Shown in pieces: positions 46,267 to 56,003 of a stretch of DNA of 64,000 nucleotides (positions within the stretch are counted from its first letter, which is position 1; every line of letters begins with the position of its first letter). Below the pieces are notes generated by a model. It saw nothing but the letters and a program-made list of their open reading frames with translations, did not search any database and was not told the origin of the DNA. A program made the translations under genes and the position numbers. The DNA is from a virus. Taxonomy: Duplodnaviria > Caudoviricetes. The stretch lies in the IMG/VR virus record IMGVR_UViG_3300036770_007283; one strand, given 5' to 3'.

Positions 46267-46713
46267 CTATTCCTCTGTAATTGCTGCAAGATCTAAATCT
46301 GGATATTTTTTCTTAGCAACCTTGATGACATCTTTCTTCATTACATTATCGCCACGATGATAAAGATGCTTCCAATGCTCAATCCATCGAGCCTTTTCTC
46401 TCTCCCAGGTCTTGATGGGAATCTCACCAGATAATTCTTTGAGAATTTCTCTCAGTTCACTCCATGCTTGCTCCTTAGATTTTGCGGAAAAATCTTTAGG
46501 ATGCTCATATGCCAGCATTAATCTGATCCCTAGTAAGTTTTTGACATTTAGAATTCCAGCAGCCCATTCGCAAGATTTAAAATCTTTATCTTTCATTTTT
46601 AAAGTAACCTCAGAAACCTTGGGGTAAAGCCACTCTACAAACTTCTGGCTCTCTCCCTCAAATTCTAGGGTTTGAATAGCTGTAGCTGCCAAGTCAATAA
46701 TTTTCTTCTTCAT
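46267..46713 (-). CDS. hypothetical protein
   Basis: Start trimmed to MKKKII. Confidence 0.7.
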   Translation of the reverse strand: MKKKIIDLAATAIQTLEFEGESQKFVEWLYPKVSEVTLKMKDKDFKSCEWAAGILNVKNLLGIRLMLAYEHPKDFSAKSKEQAWSELREILKELSGEIPIKTWEREKARWIEHWKHLYHRGDNVMKKDVIKVAKKKYPDLDLAAITEE

Positions 46714-46756
46714 AAATATTCCAATAGTTTTACCCACCATGCAGAGCAGGGCGGGT

Positions 46757-47356
46757 TCAGTGTTTAATATTTTTGAGAGTTTGAATTGTGTTCTCTAGTG
46801 TGTTTTGTCTCTCAAGAAGTGCAAAGAAAAACCTGAGTGTATTATAGGCATCAATATCTGCCCTGTGAGCCTTGCCCTCAAACTTTACTTTATATCGACC
46901 CATAGAGGATGATAGACCTCCTGCGGGCGATCTTCCGTTAGCCATTTCTAGAAATACAAAAAGAGTCTTTACATCCACCACCCTTCGACCAAAATGTGGA
47001 AAAGGAATATCTGCATCACGAAATTCTTTTAGAAGTTGGTCTGCATCACCCACACCCCATTGTAGGGGGTTAACAAAAACATTATTATCATTAATTACTT
47101 TAGATAGCTCCTCTGCCACTTGAGATAGAGGAACAGATTGTTCTTTAATAATTTTATCGTCAATTCCAGTTAGTCCAACGATAAATGGATGAATAGCCTC
47201 ACCCGGATCTAGATACCAACTCCAAGTCTGAATGTTCATTGGAGAATTTGGGTTGCCTACAGCTATGCCCACCTGAATAATCTTGGTAAGCTGATCGTTA
47301 TCATCTTTGTTTAGTTCTAGATCTAGTGCTAGATAATTTTGACTTCTAACAAACAT
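46757..47356 (-). CDS. DEDDh 3'-5' exonuclease
   Basis: LALDLEL, WGVGDA, VDVK, AHRADIDA. Confidence 0.9.
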   Translation of the reverse strand: MFVRSQNYLALDLELNKDDNDQLTKIIQVGIAVGNPNSPMNIQTWSWYLDPGEAIHPFIVGLTGIDDKIIKEQSVPLSQVAEELSKVINDNNVFVNPLQWGVGDADQLLKEFRDADIPFPHFGRRVVDVKTLFVFLEMANGRSPAGGLSSSMGRYKVKFEGKAHRADIDAYNTLRFFFALLERQNTLENTIQTLKNIKH

Positions 47357-47462
47357 GTGCCGCCTTTATATTGAGCATTACTATAAAGTTTAAGCTTGCA
47401 AAATTTAGTTATGGCTCCGCCCATTATAGTTATAGCAAGTTTAACTTTGATATTATTTTGGT

Positions 47463-47642
47463 TTAAAATCGTTCTTGATTTTCTTCTTTTACTTCAAGCA
47501 AATTTGTTTTTTTAATCTGAGCACGTAAAAAATCTATTTCTTCCAATAGATGAATTATATCATCCTTACTAAAAGCAACATCTTTTTCACCCGATGCTTC
47601 TACAATATTACGAATTCTTTTTTCCAATTTAGAAATTTTCAT
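47463..47642 (-). CDS. small hypothetical protein (59 aa)
   Basis: MKISKLEKRIRNIV..., GGAG RBS. Confidence 0.5.
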   Translation of the reverse strand: MKISKLEKRIRNIVEASGEKDVAFSKDDIIHLLEEIDFLRAQIKKTNLLEVKEENQERF

Positions 47643-47694
47643 TTAATGGCTCCGGTTTCTTTTACTAATAAGATTATTTAAAATAGAGGCAGAT

Positions 47695-48585
47695 ATGAAT
47701 AAAAGCATTGAACTACTAGAAAGATATTTAGTTACCAATAATAAAATTAAAAAAATAAATGATCTTAAAACCATCCAAAAGAAAAGTCTTGAATATCTAC
47801 AGCTTTTAAAGAAGGCTTATTCTTACGGAGAACTTGAAAAATTATTTGAGGAAGCATCGAGAGAAATGGGTGGAGCAAGTAACACGCCCACCAATACATC
47901 TGAAAGTTCAGAATTTGAAACATTAAATCAATTATTTGCAGATGCAGAAAAAGAAATTGGAGCAACAAACCCTAACGCCAATGTTAATCCAGAGCCTACA
48001 GCAAATACTGCACCTTCACAGCCTGCTAGTGGTGCACCAACACCTCCGGTACCAACAAATACTTCGTCTGGAAATTCTGGAAAAATTAGTCCAGGTGGAA
48101 CAGAAAAACTTAAAAGTGCAGAGGCATATCGTGGTATCCCTGATTTAGTCGCTTATTCAGACCCGCCAAGATATAGCATAGCATATGGAAATACTTATTA
48201 TCCAAAGGGATGGAAAGGTTGGCCCGTAGATAAAGATTGTGGAAATAATAATCGGTGCGTCAAAAAGGGTGATACCCTGCGTGATAAACAAGAAGCCGAT
48301 GCCTTATTTGATGGTGTTGTGGATGATTTTAATGATGTAGTACGTAATTCTGTTACCTCATCAATAAATCAAAATCAATTTGATGCACTAGTTATTTTCG
48401 CCTATAACATGGGGCCTGGTGCTTTTAAGAGAAGCAATCTACTTAAACTAATAAATGAAAATCCTAATGATCGTGAAAGAATAAGCGCAGATTGGCCTAC
48501 CTATACCAAAAATCTATTTTTTAGAAATGGTGTACCACAGCTAGCCTCAAGAAGACAAATGGAACTAGATCTTTATTTTAAATGA
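47695..48585 (+). CDS. GH24 phage lysozyme with long N-terminal leader/linker
   Basis: LKSAEAYR...YSD...SIAYG; NQNQFDALVIFAYNMGPGAFKRSNLLKLIN; LASRRQME. Confidence 0.9.
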   Translation: MNKSIELLERYLVTNNKIKKINDLKTIQKKSLEYLQLLKKAYSYGELEKLFEEASREMGGASNTPTNTSESSEFETLNQLFADAEKEIGATNPNANVNPEPTANTAPSQPASGAPTPPVPTNTSSGNSGKISPGGTEKLKSAEAYRGIPDLVAYSDPPRYSIAYGNTYYPKGWKGWPVDKDCGNNNRCVKKGDTLRDKQEADALFDGVVDDFNDVVRNSVTSSINQNQFDALVIFAYNMGPGAFKRSNLLKLINENPNDRERISADWPTYTKNLFFRNGVPQLASRRQMELDLYFK

Positions 48586-48612
48586 TAAAACATTATATTG
48601 TTTAATTAAAAA

Positions 48613-48876
48613 CTAAAATAATTTCATAATTATAGAATCAACTAAGTCTGCCACCTCATTTAGTCGAATGGAATCTAGATGATTAGCCAACTTAATTAGT
48701 TCTTTAATGTCCTCTAGCGAAGACTTATATCCTCCGCCTCTAGCTTTCCTTTTGCAATATTGCTTCTGTGAAAAACCTTTTGGATTGGAACAATTAATAT
48801 TTTTCTTATATTTTGTTGACCAACGTTTTTTGCCAACCCTAGGTGAATTATATTTAGAAATCTTTTCCATAGCCAC
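48613..48876 (-). CDS. conserved large-phage small basic protein
   Basis: WSTKYKKNINCSNPKGFSQKQYC; LIKLANHLD. Confidence 0.75.
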   Translation of the reverse strand: MAMEKISKYNSPRVGKKRWSTKYKKNINCSNPKGFSQKQYCKRKARGGGYKSSLEDIKELIKLANHLDSIRLNEVADLVDSIIMKLF

Positions 48877-48998
48877 CTCAACTCATGGGTAGATATTAAT
48901 AGCGCGTATCTTACAAAGATATTTTATAATCCTCTGTTGCTAGGAAAGATTACTATTTAATTCAGGTGTTGCGTCAAAGTTTAATTGTTTCGAAAAAT

Positions 48999-49940
48999 TT
49001 AATTAGCTAAAGTTGCAGTACCTACAATACCTACTTGACCCACTCCTTCTAAGGTAGAACCATTTGCAGGAATCATAGTTTCTGTAATTTCGTAACGATA
49101 CATATAAATAGCTAATAAAGACCCAACGGGGAATTGTGATAATCCGGTAACGAACATAGAACCGTTATCATCACCCACACAAAGCGAGCCGCCTAAATAA
49201 TAGTACCCATATTCATCATATACATCAACTATGACAAAAAACAATCCACTACCTGTTGGCTCCCATGCAAAGCTAGTCCCACTTCTATAAACCACAGGTG
49301 GAAATGCAGTATTCACAGTACTTAAAATTTCTACAGGTGTTAGTAGGAATAGTTGTTCAGGTGTATGCAAGGCATTTTCAATAAAGAATTCGCCTAATGA
49401 ATTGTTAGGATAAGTCTCCAATCCATAAAAACTATAATATGAAAAATCATTTGGATACTGACTTTCCATCCTATATTCTGGCTGCCCTTGATTATAAACT
49501 CTGGATAAGGTTAGTGTGTTGACCTGGTCAGATATCTGCGCAGATGCACCTATGTTATAAAATTGTGTTGAAGGATCAGTCTGTGAAACAAACCCGGTAC
49601 AAGTTCCTGCTGGTGGAATCCATTCGTTCCAAGACCTATTTACAGGTGGGTGTAAGGCTAAAACAGAAGATACTCTTGTTGTTGTAGTATATTCATAAAA
49701 GCATTCTGGACATGGCACATCTAATCTTGTAAACCTTAATACACCACCATATAATCCGGTTGGGGTAATAACAGTAGTATCCGTATCAGAAAAAGAAGTA
49801 TCGCTAACAACATCTGTTTCAAAAACATAGTCTGTTTCTACCACTTCTGTATCCAAGGATATGCCCGTCTCAACCTCATCAATCATATAGTCTACAGATA
49901 AACCACCACAAGAAAGTAATAATAAGAGAAAGCTATTCAT
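48999..49940 (-). CDS. lipoprotein
   Basis: Lipobox LLSC followed by D/T-rich linker. Confidence 0.75.
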   Translation of the reverse strand: MNSFLLLLLSCGGLSVDYMIDEVETGISLDTEVVETDYVFETDVVSDTSFSDTDTTVITPTGLYGGVLRFTRLDVPCPECFYEYTTTTRVSSVLALHPPVNRSWNEWIPPAGTCTGFVSQTDPSTQFYNIGASAQISDQVNTLTLSRVYNQGQPEYRMESQYPNDFSYYSFYGLETYPNNSLGEFFIENALHTPEQLFLLTPVEILSTVNTAFPPVVYRSGTSFAWEPTGSGLFFVIVDVYDEYGYYYLGGSLCVGDDNGSMFVTGLSQFPVGSLLAIYMYRYEITETMIPANGSTLEGVGQVGIVGTATLAN

Positions 49941-50037
49941 AAAATCTCCATAATTAAAGAAAATAACTAAGTTAGCTTGTAGAATTAATAGTTCTTCATC
50001 TGGGTAGAAAAGAACTGGGGCTATTATTTTTGCAACT

Positions 50038-51138
50038 TTATTTTCTGGTTAGGTAATCATTGCCGACCAATTTATAAGCAATTCGATTTGGAATTGTGAT
50101 TGCATCTCTTCCTGCATAAAAAACTTGTTCACCATCCCAACGTAAAACAATACCTTCTCGGATGTTATCTCCGCTTAGTAAAGTTTTACCTTCTGCCATA
50201 CTGACAATAGCAGATGGAATTCCTTCACCGGCTTGCCAAATGACCCTATCTACAACAGGAACAGTTGGAATAGAAATATTCTGGCAGAAAGCTAATAACT
50301 CCTCCCAAGTCAAATATCTATTCTTATTTGAATCCCAGCAATCAAATGCTACAAATCTCGCCGTATCTTGTCCGTACTTTAAGTCTTGGACTGGACCATA
50401 GACTTCGCCATATAAAGCATACCCAGGATAATCTTTTAATTTATCTGCTAGTCCTTCCCTTTGAGCCACTTCCCACCACAGACCTCCAGTATCTTCACCT
50501 TCCGGTTCCTTCTTGAATAGGGTTCTGGATCTGGCCCAGAATTTTAATTCTCCCTGGTATGGAAGCCAACCATAACAAGCATTTGTACCATGGATCTTTT
50601 CTGTAATCCAGACCTGAGAACCATCAGGGATATACTTCCAGCCTTTACTGAGCGATTCTACATCGTACTTTGCCGTACCCAAAAGGCCATGTGGTCCGCT
50701 GGTTGGACGACCAGATTGAAAACCAAAGCGTCCCCCACTTTGAATCGGAGCAATATATTTTTTTAATTCCAAAAGTGCAGTAACTTCTCGGTTAGTTTTA
50801 AACTTCCATTCATCAGGCAATGGCACCATCAAACCACGACTGATAATGCCGCGAAGCTTTACAGTTTTAATTCTGGCATATCCATCGCTCTTTGCCATCT
50901 TCTGCATGTGGGCAAAGTAAGGATGGGACACTGGCACCATAGGGTCATTAACAGAGTCAATCCAGATACCTTGATCACCCTCTGAGAATTGACCTTTCTT
51001 TACTACGGCAAAGTTTACACCAGACCCATCGGGTGAAACTAGATCTAGTAAATCAGCATTGGGATGCTTAATTACCTTTTGAATAGTAACCACCTCTGCT
51101 AGAGGATTTGCATCGGAATATTCTTCAACAGTAAACAT
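50038..51138 (-). CDS. RNA ligase, Rnl2/DRB0094-like, with N-terminal OB (tRNA-binding-like) domain
   Basis: HPNADLL; TEKIHGTN, YGEVYG, FVAFD, REGIV, YKLV. Confidence 0.92.
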   Translation of the reverse strand: MFTVEEYSDANPLAEVVTIQKVIKHPNADLLDLVSPDGSGVNFAVVKKGQFSEGDQGIWIDSVNDPMVPVSHPYFAHMQKMAKSDGYARIKTVKLRGIISRGLMVPLPDEWKFKTNREVTALLELKKYIAPIQSGGRFGFQSGRPTSGPHGLLGTAKYDVESLSKGWKYIPDGSQVWITEKIHGTNACYGWLPYQGELKFWARSRTLFKKEPEGEDTGGLWWEVAQREGLADKLKDYPGYALYGEVYGPVQDLKYGQDTARFVAFDCWDSNKNRYLTWEELLAFCQNISIPTVPVVDRVIWQAGEGIPSAIVSMAEGKTLLSGDNIREGIVLRWDGEQVFYAGRDAITIPNRIAYKLVGNDYLTRK

Positions 51139-51139
51139 T

Positions 51140-51442
51140 TTATACTCCAAATATATCTAGGTTCCAGATTATTTTTTCCTTGATATCTTCTGGGCAAAGA
51201 TCAAAGAATTCTTCAAAAGTTACTGGCTTATATAGAAATTCAATATCTAGCTCGTTAATATGCCTTAGGTATTTTATTTTAATCCCTCCTTCTATTAGGA
51301 GGTAGACTTGAAACTTTAATTTTTGATCTTTAATATAGAAGTGATTGTAGAATTCACCAGGAGTGATAAAGTCTAAATCTGCTATTTTATCTAGGGCTTC
51401 GTAATATTTCTTGGTGTAGTCATCAGAACTATCATGACTCAT
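51140..51442 (-). CDS. C-terminal-motif paralogue family member
   Basis: TFEEFFDLCPEDIKEKIIWNLDIF. Confidence 0.8.
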   Translation of the reverse strand: MSHDSSDDYTKKYYEALDKIADLDFITPGEFYNHFYIKDQKLKFQVYLLIEGGIKIKYLRHINELDIEFLYKPVTFEEFFDLCPEDIKEKIIWNLDIFGV

Positions 51443-51626
51443 TGGAAATATCTAGATTTAGAAGCGTTTGAATTAGCTCATATTTTTTGATCGGAGGTAA
51501 AGATCTATAGTAGGAATTAATTTCTGCCGGGATTACCTTAACAGAATCATTATGATTTAGGCATGATATTGAATCATCACCCTTACAATTGGGGCAAGGT
51601 TCAAAAACATAAATATCGTAATTCAT
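51432..51626 (-). CDS. small Cys-containing protein
   Basis: CPNC...C. Confidence 0.55.
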   Translation of the reverse strand: MNYDIYVFEPCPNCKGDDSISCLNHNDSVKVIPAEINSYYRSLPPIKKYELIQTLLNLDISNES

Positions 51627-51953
51627 TTACCACAAATCCACGTATGGATTGCTTGGCCTTGTATAACCACAAATTTTATAAACCTGGCCCTTTAAGAATC
51701 CATATTGGCGATTCCATTCTGGCATAATTTTACCCTTATCTAGATTGTAGTTTTTACGCAATTTATCTAAGGTAGCCTCGCAGAACTGAGACTCCAGATC
51801 TGAAATCTTATTCATTAGAGATTCTCTTTGCTCTGGAGTGCCTGAAAAAGAACTACTCATAAGCATCTGCCTTAGGTGCCTTGAATCAGAATGAAATGAC
51901 TGCTCTAAGGTCATAGAAACTAGTTCTAGCTCCGTTTGATTATCTTGTTCCAT
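51627..51953 (-). CDS. hypothetical protein
   Basis: 108-aa ORF, GGAGG RBS. Confidence 0.7.
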   Translation of the reverse strand: MEQDNQTELELVSMTLEQSFHSDSRHLRQMLMSSSFSGTPEQRESLMNKISDLESQFCEATLDKLRKNYNLDKGKIMPEWNRQYGFLKGQVYKICGYTRPSNPYVDLW

Positions 51954-51961
51954 AATTCCTC

Positions 51962-52321
51962 CTATTTAAATAACTCGAGATTAAAAACAATCTTTTCCCT
52001 TAGATGGTCTGGAAGGAAATCGAATACTTCTTCCAGGCTATATTCGACCACCATAGTTTTTGGCATCATCGGGCATATATTGGTGAGTCGGATCTTTTGA
52101 TAGACATAAGAAGCGTAAATTACTTTTTGTGTAAGCCCTGAGATATTAGTCTTATAAGATGTTTGCTTAAACTTAACTACATCCACTGGGAGTGTAAAGC
52201 TACAAATATCACACTTACATTCAACAAATGAATCGCTTAGTAATAAAGCCTTTGCATCTTCATCTCTTTGAATTAGGTCACTTATATAGCTAACTTGTAG
52301 CTTGTTATTTATAGTTGGCAT
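51962..52321 (-). CDS. C-terminal-motif paralogue family member
   Basis: SLEEVFDFLPDHLREKIVFNLELFK. Confidence 0.8.
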   Translation of the reverse strand: MPTINNKLQVSYISDLIQRDEDAKALLLSDSFVECKCDICSFTLPVDVVKFKQTSYKTNISGLTQKVIYASYVYQKIRLTNICPMMPKTMVVEYSLEEVFDFLPDHLREKIVFNLELFK

Positions 52322-52326
52322 TTGAT

Positions 52327-52608
52327 CTACAATTCCTCTCTAGGAAGAAATTCATTCAGGTTAAAAATCAAAATATCTTTAAACTCTCCATCGACACCAT
52401 CAAAAAATTCTTCAAAGCAAATATATTGACAGTGCCTTGCAGGACTTGACCATCCACCTACTGGATAACTTACCGCATATGAAAATCCTCCATCATCTTT
52501 GGTAATCCAATATTTGGTTCCGATTATATTAAACCAAATAATATCTGATGGCTCTTCGCAACCTCCGCAATAACACTGTGCCAGTAATTCTTTTGGAAAG
52601 ATTTCCAT
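52327..52608 (-). CDS. C-terminal-motif paralogue family member (CxCxxC subtype)
   Basis: CYCGGC...WFNIIGT; CFEEFFDGVDGEFKDILIFNLNEF. Confidence 0.78.
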   Translation of the reverse strand: MEIFPKELLAQCYCGGCEEPSDIIWFNIIGTKYWITKDDGGFSYAVSYPVGGWSSPARHCQYICFEEFFDGVDGEFKDILIFNLNEFLPREEL

Positions 52609-52613
52609 TATTC

Positions 52614-52925
52614 CTACTTGAAGATATCTAAGTTGAATATAATCTTGTCCTGCCACTCTTGAGGTAGTATTTCAAACCATTCATTCATATCAATTGATTC
52701 CTGCATGATATTGCCACGATTAATGATAATAAAATATCTTTCACTTATAAAGTATCTCATACCATCATACGTAGAATCTAAACAATTTTTTCCATAAATA
52801 ACTATTCCAAAATCTGTCTTTGGAATACATAAATGGTCATATGTTACTCCGCTTTTATAAATAACAAAGCCCATATCTAGAAGTATAGCTTTGTACTCAT
52901 CGTATGTGAACTTTGTAAAATTCAT
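52614..52925 (-). CDS. C-terminal-motif paralogue family member
   Basis: DMNEWFEILPQEWQDKIIFNLDIFK. Confidence 0.8.
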   Translation of the reverse strand: MNFTKFTYDEYKAILLDMGFVIYKSGVTYDHLCIPKTDFGIVIYGKNCLDSTYDGMRYFISERYFIIINRGNIMQESIDMNEWFEILPQEWQDKIIFNLDIFK

Positions 52926-52928
52926 GCC

Positions 52929-53243
52929 TCACCGAAATAAATCTAAGTTAAATAAAATCTTTTCTTTAATATCATCAGGACACATATCAAAAAATTCTTC
53001 AAAAGGTGTGACGATATAATAGTTTGAAGAATGGTTGGATGGAATAAGATATTGAATCATTGGCCTGTTTACATCAACCTCAATAATTCTCATCCTTAGA
53101 TTCGACCCAATAAAAGAATATTGATTAGAAAACTCTCCCCTCTCAAGGAAATCTAAATTATCTAGCCGCCGATATAGTTTTGATAGAATATTTTTAGTTT
53201 TTTTCACAAGAGAATTTATATCATCAAATTCATCATCTATCAT
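52929..53243 (-). CDS. C-terminal-motif paralogue family member
   Basis: PFEEFFDMCPDDIKEKILFNLDLFR. Confidence 0.82.
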   Translation of the reverse strand: MIDDEFDDINSLVKKTKNILSKLYRRLDNLDFLERGEFSNQYSFIGSNLRMRIIEVDVNRPMIQYLIPSNHSSNYYIVTPFEEFFDMCPDDIKEKILFNLDLFR

Positions 53244-53246
53244 TTT

Positions 53247-53534
53247 TCACCTAAACATATCTAAATGAAAAGCAAAACAAGCTTGTGTTTCTGGCTTTGC
53301 AGATTCAAAAAATTCTTGGAATGTTTTGTGAGGTCGGCTTGGCAAATCCCATTGCATTATTGTAATCTTGCAACGTCGGTCTAGCGGATCTAGAGAGTTT
53401 CTCCTATCAACATAGAACATCCAATCATCACCCGCAACCTTAAAATGATTGGGCGATTCCACCAAACTCTTAAGGCAACTAATTGATTCTAAATATTCTC
53501 TAGCCTTAGAATATTCTAAGCTTTCAATCTTCAT
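53247..53534 (-). CDS. C-terminal-motif paralogue family member (MKIE subtype)
   Basis: MKIESLEY...TFQEFFESAKPETQACFAFHLDMFR. Confidence 0.82.
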   Translation of the reverse strand: MKIESLEYSKAREYLESISCLKSLVESPNHFKVAGDDWMFYVDRRNSLDPLDRRCKITIMQWDLPSRPHKTFQEFFESAKPETQACFAFHLDMFR

Positions 53535-53544
53535 AATTTATTTC

Positions 53545-53898
53545 TCACCTAAACATATCAATGTGAAAAATTAAATCAGCCTTGACTTCATCCGGTGCCA
53601 CTTCCCAAAATTCTTCAAAAGTATACATATAGCGATGCTTGGCGAAAAGCTTAGGATTCCAAAGCTTCTCTGTCAAAGATTCTTTGTAGCTTGGTGCCGG
53701 ATGTAATCCCATTATATATAGCCTATGTTTATCCTCTTGATTGTACAACTTTTGTAAACATAGTGACCAAGGATATCTACCAATGTCAATCCAGCACTCT
53801 CTTATGGTAAAATAATCATCACCAGATCCCTTAGATAAGCATGGAATCTTCAGTAAATAATCTACAGCATCTTCTAATGATAGTTTTTCAATCTTCAT
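53545..53898 (-). CDS. C-terminal-motif paralogue family member (MKIE subtype)
   Basis: MKIEKLS...TFEEFWEVAPDEVKADLIFHIDMFR. Confidence 0.82.
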   Translation of the reverse strand: MKIEKLSLEDAVDYLLKIPCLSKGSGDDYFTIRECWIDIGRYPWSLCLQKLYNQEDKHRLYIMGLHPAPSYKESLTEKLWNPKLFAKHRYMYTFEEFWEVAPDEVKADLIFHIDMFR

Positions 53899-54782
53899 AG
53901 AGAAGTCACCGTGCGTTGCGGCCAGTTAACACCAGCATAATCATTATCTGAATCCTCTCCAGAAATAGTACGAGTATCATTCCACATCAACACTCCACCA
54001 ATATAAATATTTACAGTTACATCATTAGCTGGCTGATAAACAGACCCAGGATAATCGTGAACCATTACTCTATACATTCCAGATAATGATGGCTCGGCAA
54101 TATTAATATTCTCTGGGCCTGTGCCTGGAATATCATCTATATCTAAAGCAGGATTGTCTGCACTACCAGCATTACCCCACTCCAATCCAGAACCGCCAAA
54201 TGCTGTGGTGCAGTTAGCATAATAACAATCTCCATTTGTCCTCTCGTTACCATTGGGACGAATTAAATGCAAATCCATATCATCACCGTTATGAACCCAA
54301 TACATTTCGATCCAAAGATTATCCCCAGGAACAGCATCCACAGAACAATCTACAGGATCAGAACGACGACCATCAGAGGTTTCTACAACCAATCTTGCAA
54401 TATACTGACCGGCAAGATCAGGTGTTACTTCCCGCTCCCAAGGTGATGTTGCCGCAAGAAAAGATGCCGAACCATTAGGCTGCGTTACTAATGACCAATC
54501 CCAAGTAACAATATTCATTCCTGCTGGATCATATGAATCACGACCGTAAAAGGTTGCTGTCTCAAATGGTGGTGTAACTTCAACTGGATCCACAGAGCAA
54601 ACAGCTACAGGAGAATCTCCAATAGTTTCTTCATCGGTATCTGGAATGTCTGTATCCTCGGGAATATCTATTGTAAATGCTGTATCAGAATCCTGTGTGT
54701 CCTCAGGTGGTAAGTCCTTTCCAAGATCGTAATCTGATATACAAGCTGATAATAATCCAAAAATAAAAAGTAGGTGTCGCAT
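53895..54782 (-). CDS. lipoprotein with PKD-like and YfaP-like beta domains
   Basis: Lipobox LSAC; DSYDP.G..IVTWDWSL; DMDLHL, LDIDD..GTGPENINI. Confidence 0.8.
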   Translation of the reverse strand: MRHLLFIFGLLSACISDYDLGKDLPPEDTQDSDTAFTIDIPEDTDIPDTDEETIGDSPVAVCSVDPVEVTPPFETATFYGRDSYDPAGMNIVTWDWSLVTQPNGSASFLAATSPWEREVTPDLAGQYIARLVVETSDGRRSDPVDCSVDAVPGDNLWIEMYWVHNGDDMDLHLIRPNGNERTNGDCYYANCTTAFGGSGLEWGNAGSADNPALDIDDIPGTGPENINIAEPSLSGMYRVMVHDYPGSVYQPANDVTVNIYIGGVLMWNDTRTISGEDSDNDYAGVNWPQRTVTSL

Positions 54783-54829
54783 TAATTTCTCCTATGATAT
54801 ATATATCATAATTAGCAGCCTGCATCATG

Positions 54830-55105
54830 TTAACGAAACATATCAAGGTGAAAAAGCATCTCCTGCTGAACCTCTAATGGGGCTATATCAATAAATTCTG
54901 CAAAAGATACTCTACGCCCATTAGTGTTTAAAATCTTAAGCTGACACTTATAAATATAATTATTATAAACAATTGGCACCAAAATGAACCACCAATCTGT
55001 TCCCCTAATCCTAAATGTATTCGAGTTTTGTTTCATATTTTCAAAAATTGAAATGCTTCTCAAAAACTGATTTGCAACATCAATATACAACTTTTCAATT
55101 TTCAT
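54830..55105 (-). CDS. C-terminal-motif paralogue family member (MKIE subtype)
   Basis: SFAEFIDIAPLEVQQEMLFHLDMFR. Confidence 0.82.
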   Translation of the reverse strand: MKIEKLYIDVANQFLRSISIFENMKQNSNTFRIRGTDWWFILVPIVYNNYIYKCQLKILNTNGRRVSFAEFIDIAPLEVQQEMLFHLDMFR

Positions 55106-55108
55106 AAG

Positions 55109-55372
55109 TCACCTAAATAGATCTAAATGATAAACTATTTTATCCTTGATGGTTTCCGGCAATTCATCAAAAACTTTTTCGAATGTAAAATTATCGTTAA
55201 AATTAACCGTAGAGATAAATTCTCCTTGCCCCATACCAGAATCATTTTTGAAAACATAAAATACATAATAAGTGCCGGTAACATAATATGAGATGTAATT
55301 TTTATTACGCAATCCTCTTGGTGTTAGAAAGTCTAATTCATCAAGATTTCTAACAAGATCTTCGTAGCTCAT
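55109..55372 (-). CDS. C-terminal-motif paralogue family member
   Basis: TFEKVFDELPETIKDKIVYHLDLFR. Confidence 0.82.
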   Translation of the reverse strand: MSYEDLVRNLDELDFLTPRGLRNKNYISYYVTGTYYVFYVFKNDSGMGQGEFISTVNFNDNFTFEKVFDELPETIKDKIVYHLDLFR

Positions 55373-55380
55373 AATTCACC

Positions 55381-55671
55381 TCACCGAAATAAATCAAAAT
55401 TGAAAAGAAGATCTTCCCTAGATCCTTCATCACAACTATTAAAAACTTCCTCAAAGGTTACAATGCTTCTATGCTGAGTTTTCCAATCCATAAATAAAAC
55501 CATACATTTACTTCCTTTAGGCGTCCAATATTTGTTTTCAGGCCCTACCCAAATAACATATTTGGTTTCCCCAACTCTAAAGTGCTGATCCGATGTTGGA
55601 GTTTCTTTAAAGCAGGAAATTGATTTCACAGCAGCCAAAGCTTCTTCGTAGGATAACTTATCAATCTTCAT
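55381..55671 (-). CDS. C-terminal-motif paralogue family member (MKID subtype)
   Basis: TFEEVFNSCDEGSREDLLFNFDLFR. Confidence 0.82.
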   Translation of the reverse strand: MKIDKLSYEEALAAVKSISCFKETPTSDQHFRVGETKYVIWVGPENKYWTPKGSKCMVLFMDWKTQHRSIVTFEEVFNSCDEGSREDLLFNFDLFR

Positions 55672-55674
55672 CCA

Positions 55675-55971
55675 TCACCTAAACATATCAATGTGAAAAA
55701 GAAATTCTTCTTGAATATGCTCGGGAACAGACTCTAAAAAATCTTCAAAATCTATACCGTATGCTACTCCACCGTCGTCATACGTTAGATTAATTATAAA
55801 CTTACAGCAAAACAATCCATTCATCGACGGAATCCTTACAACAATATTATAATTTTCCGCGCCAACTACTATAAACTGTTTCTCCAGAAGGTAAGAACCA
55901 ACTGGCTTTAAGCAGGATAGCTGAGAAAGAAAACTCTCTGCTTCGTTAATACTCATATCTTCAATCTTCAT
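55675..55971 (-). CDS. C-terminal-motif paralogue family member (MKIE subtype)
   Basis: DFEDFLESVPEHIQEEFLFHIDMFR. Confidence 0.82.
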   Translation of the reverse strand: MKIEDMSINEAESFLSQLSCLKPVGSYLLEKQFIVVGAENYNIVVRIPSMNGLFCCKFIINLTYDDGGVAYGIDFEDFLESVPEHIQEEFLFHIDMFR

Positions 55972-56003
55972 TTAGCCTCCTGTAAAATATCTTCTCACAA
56001 GAT

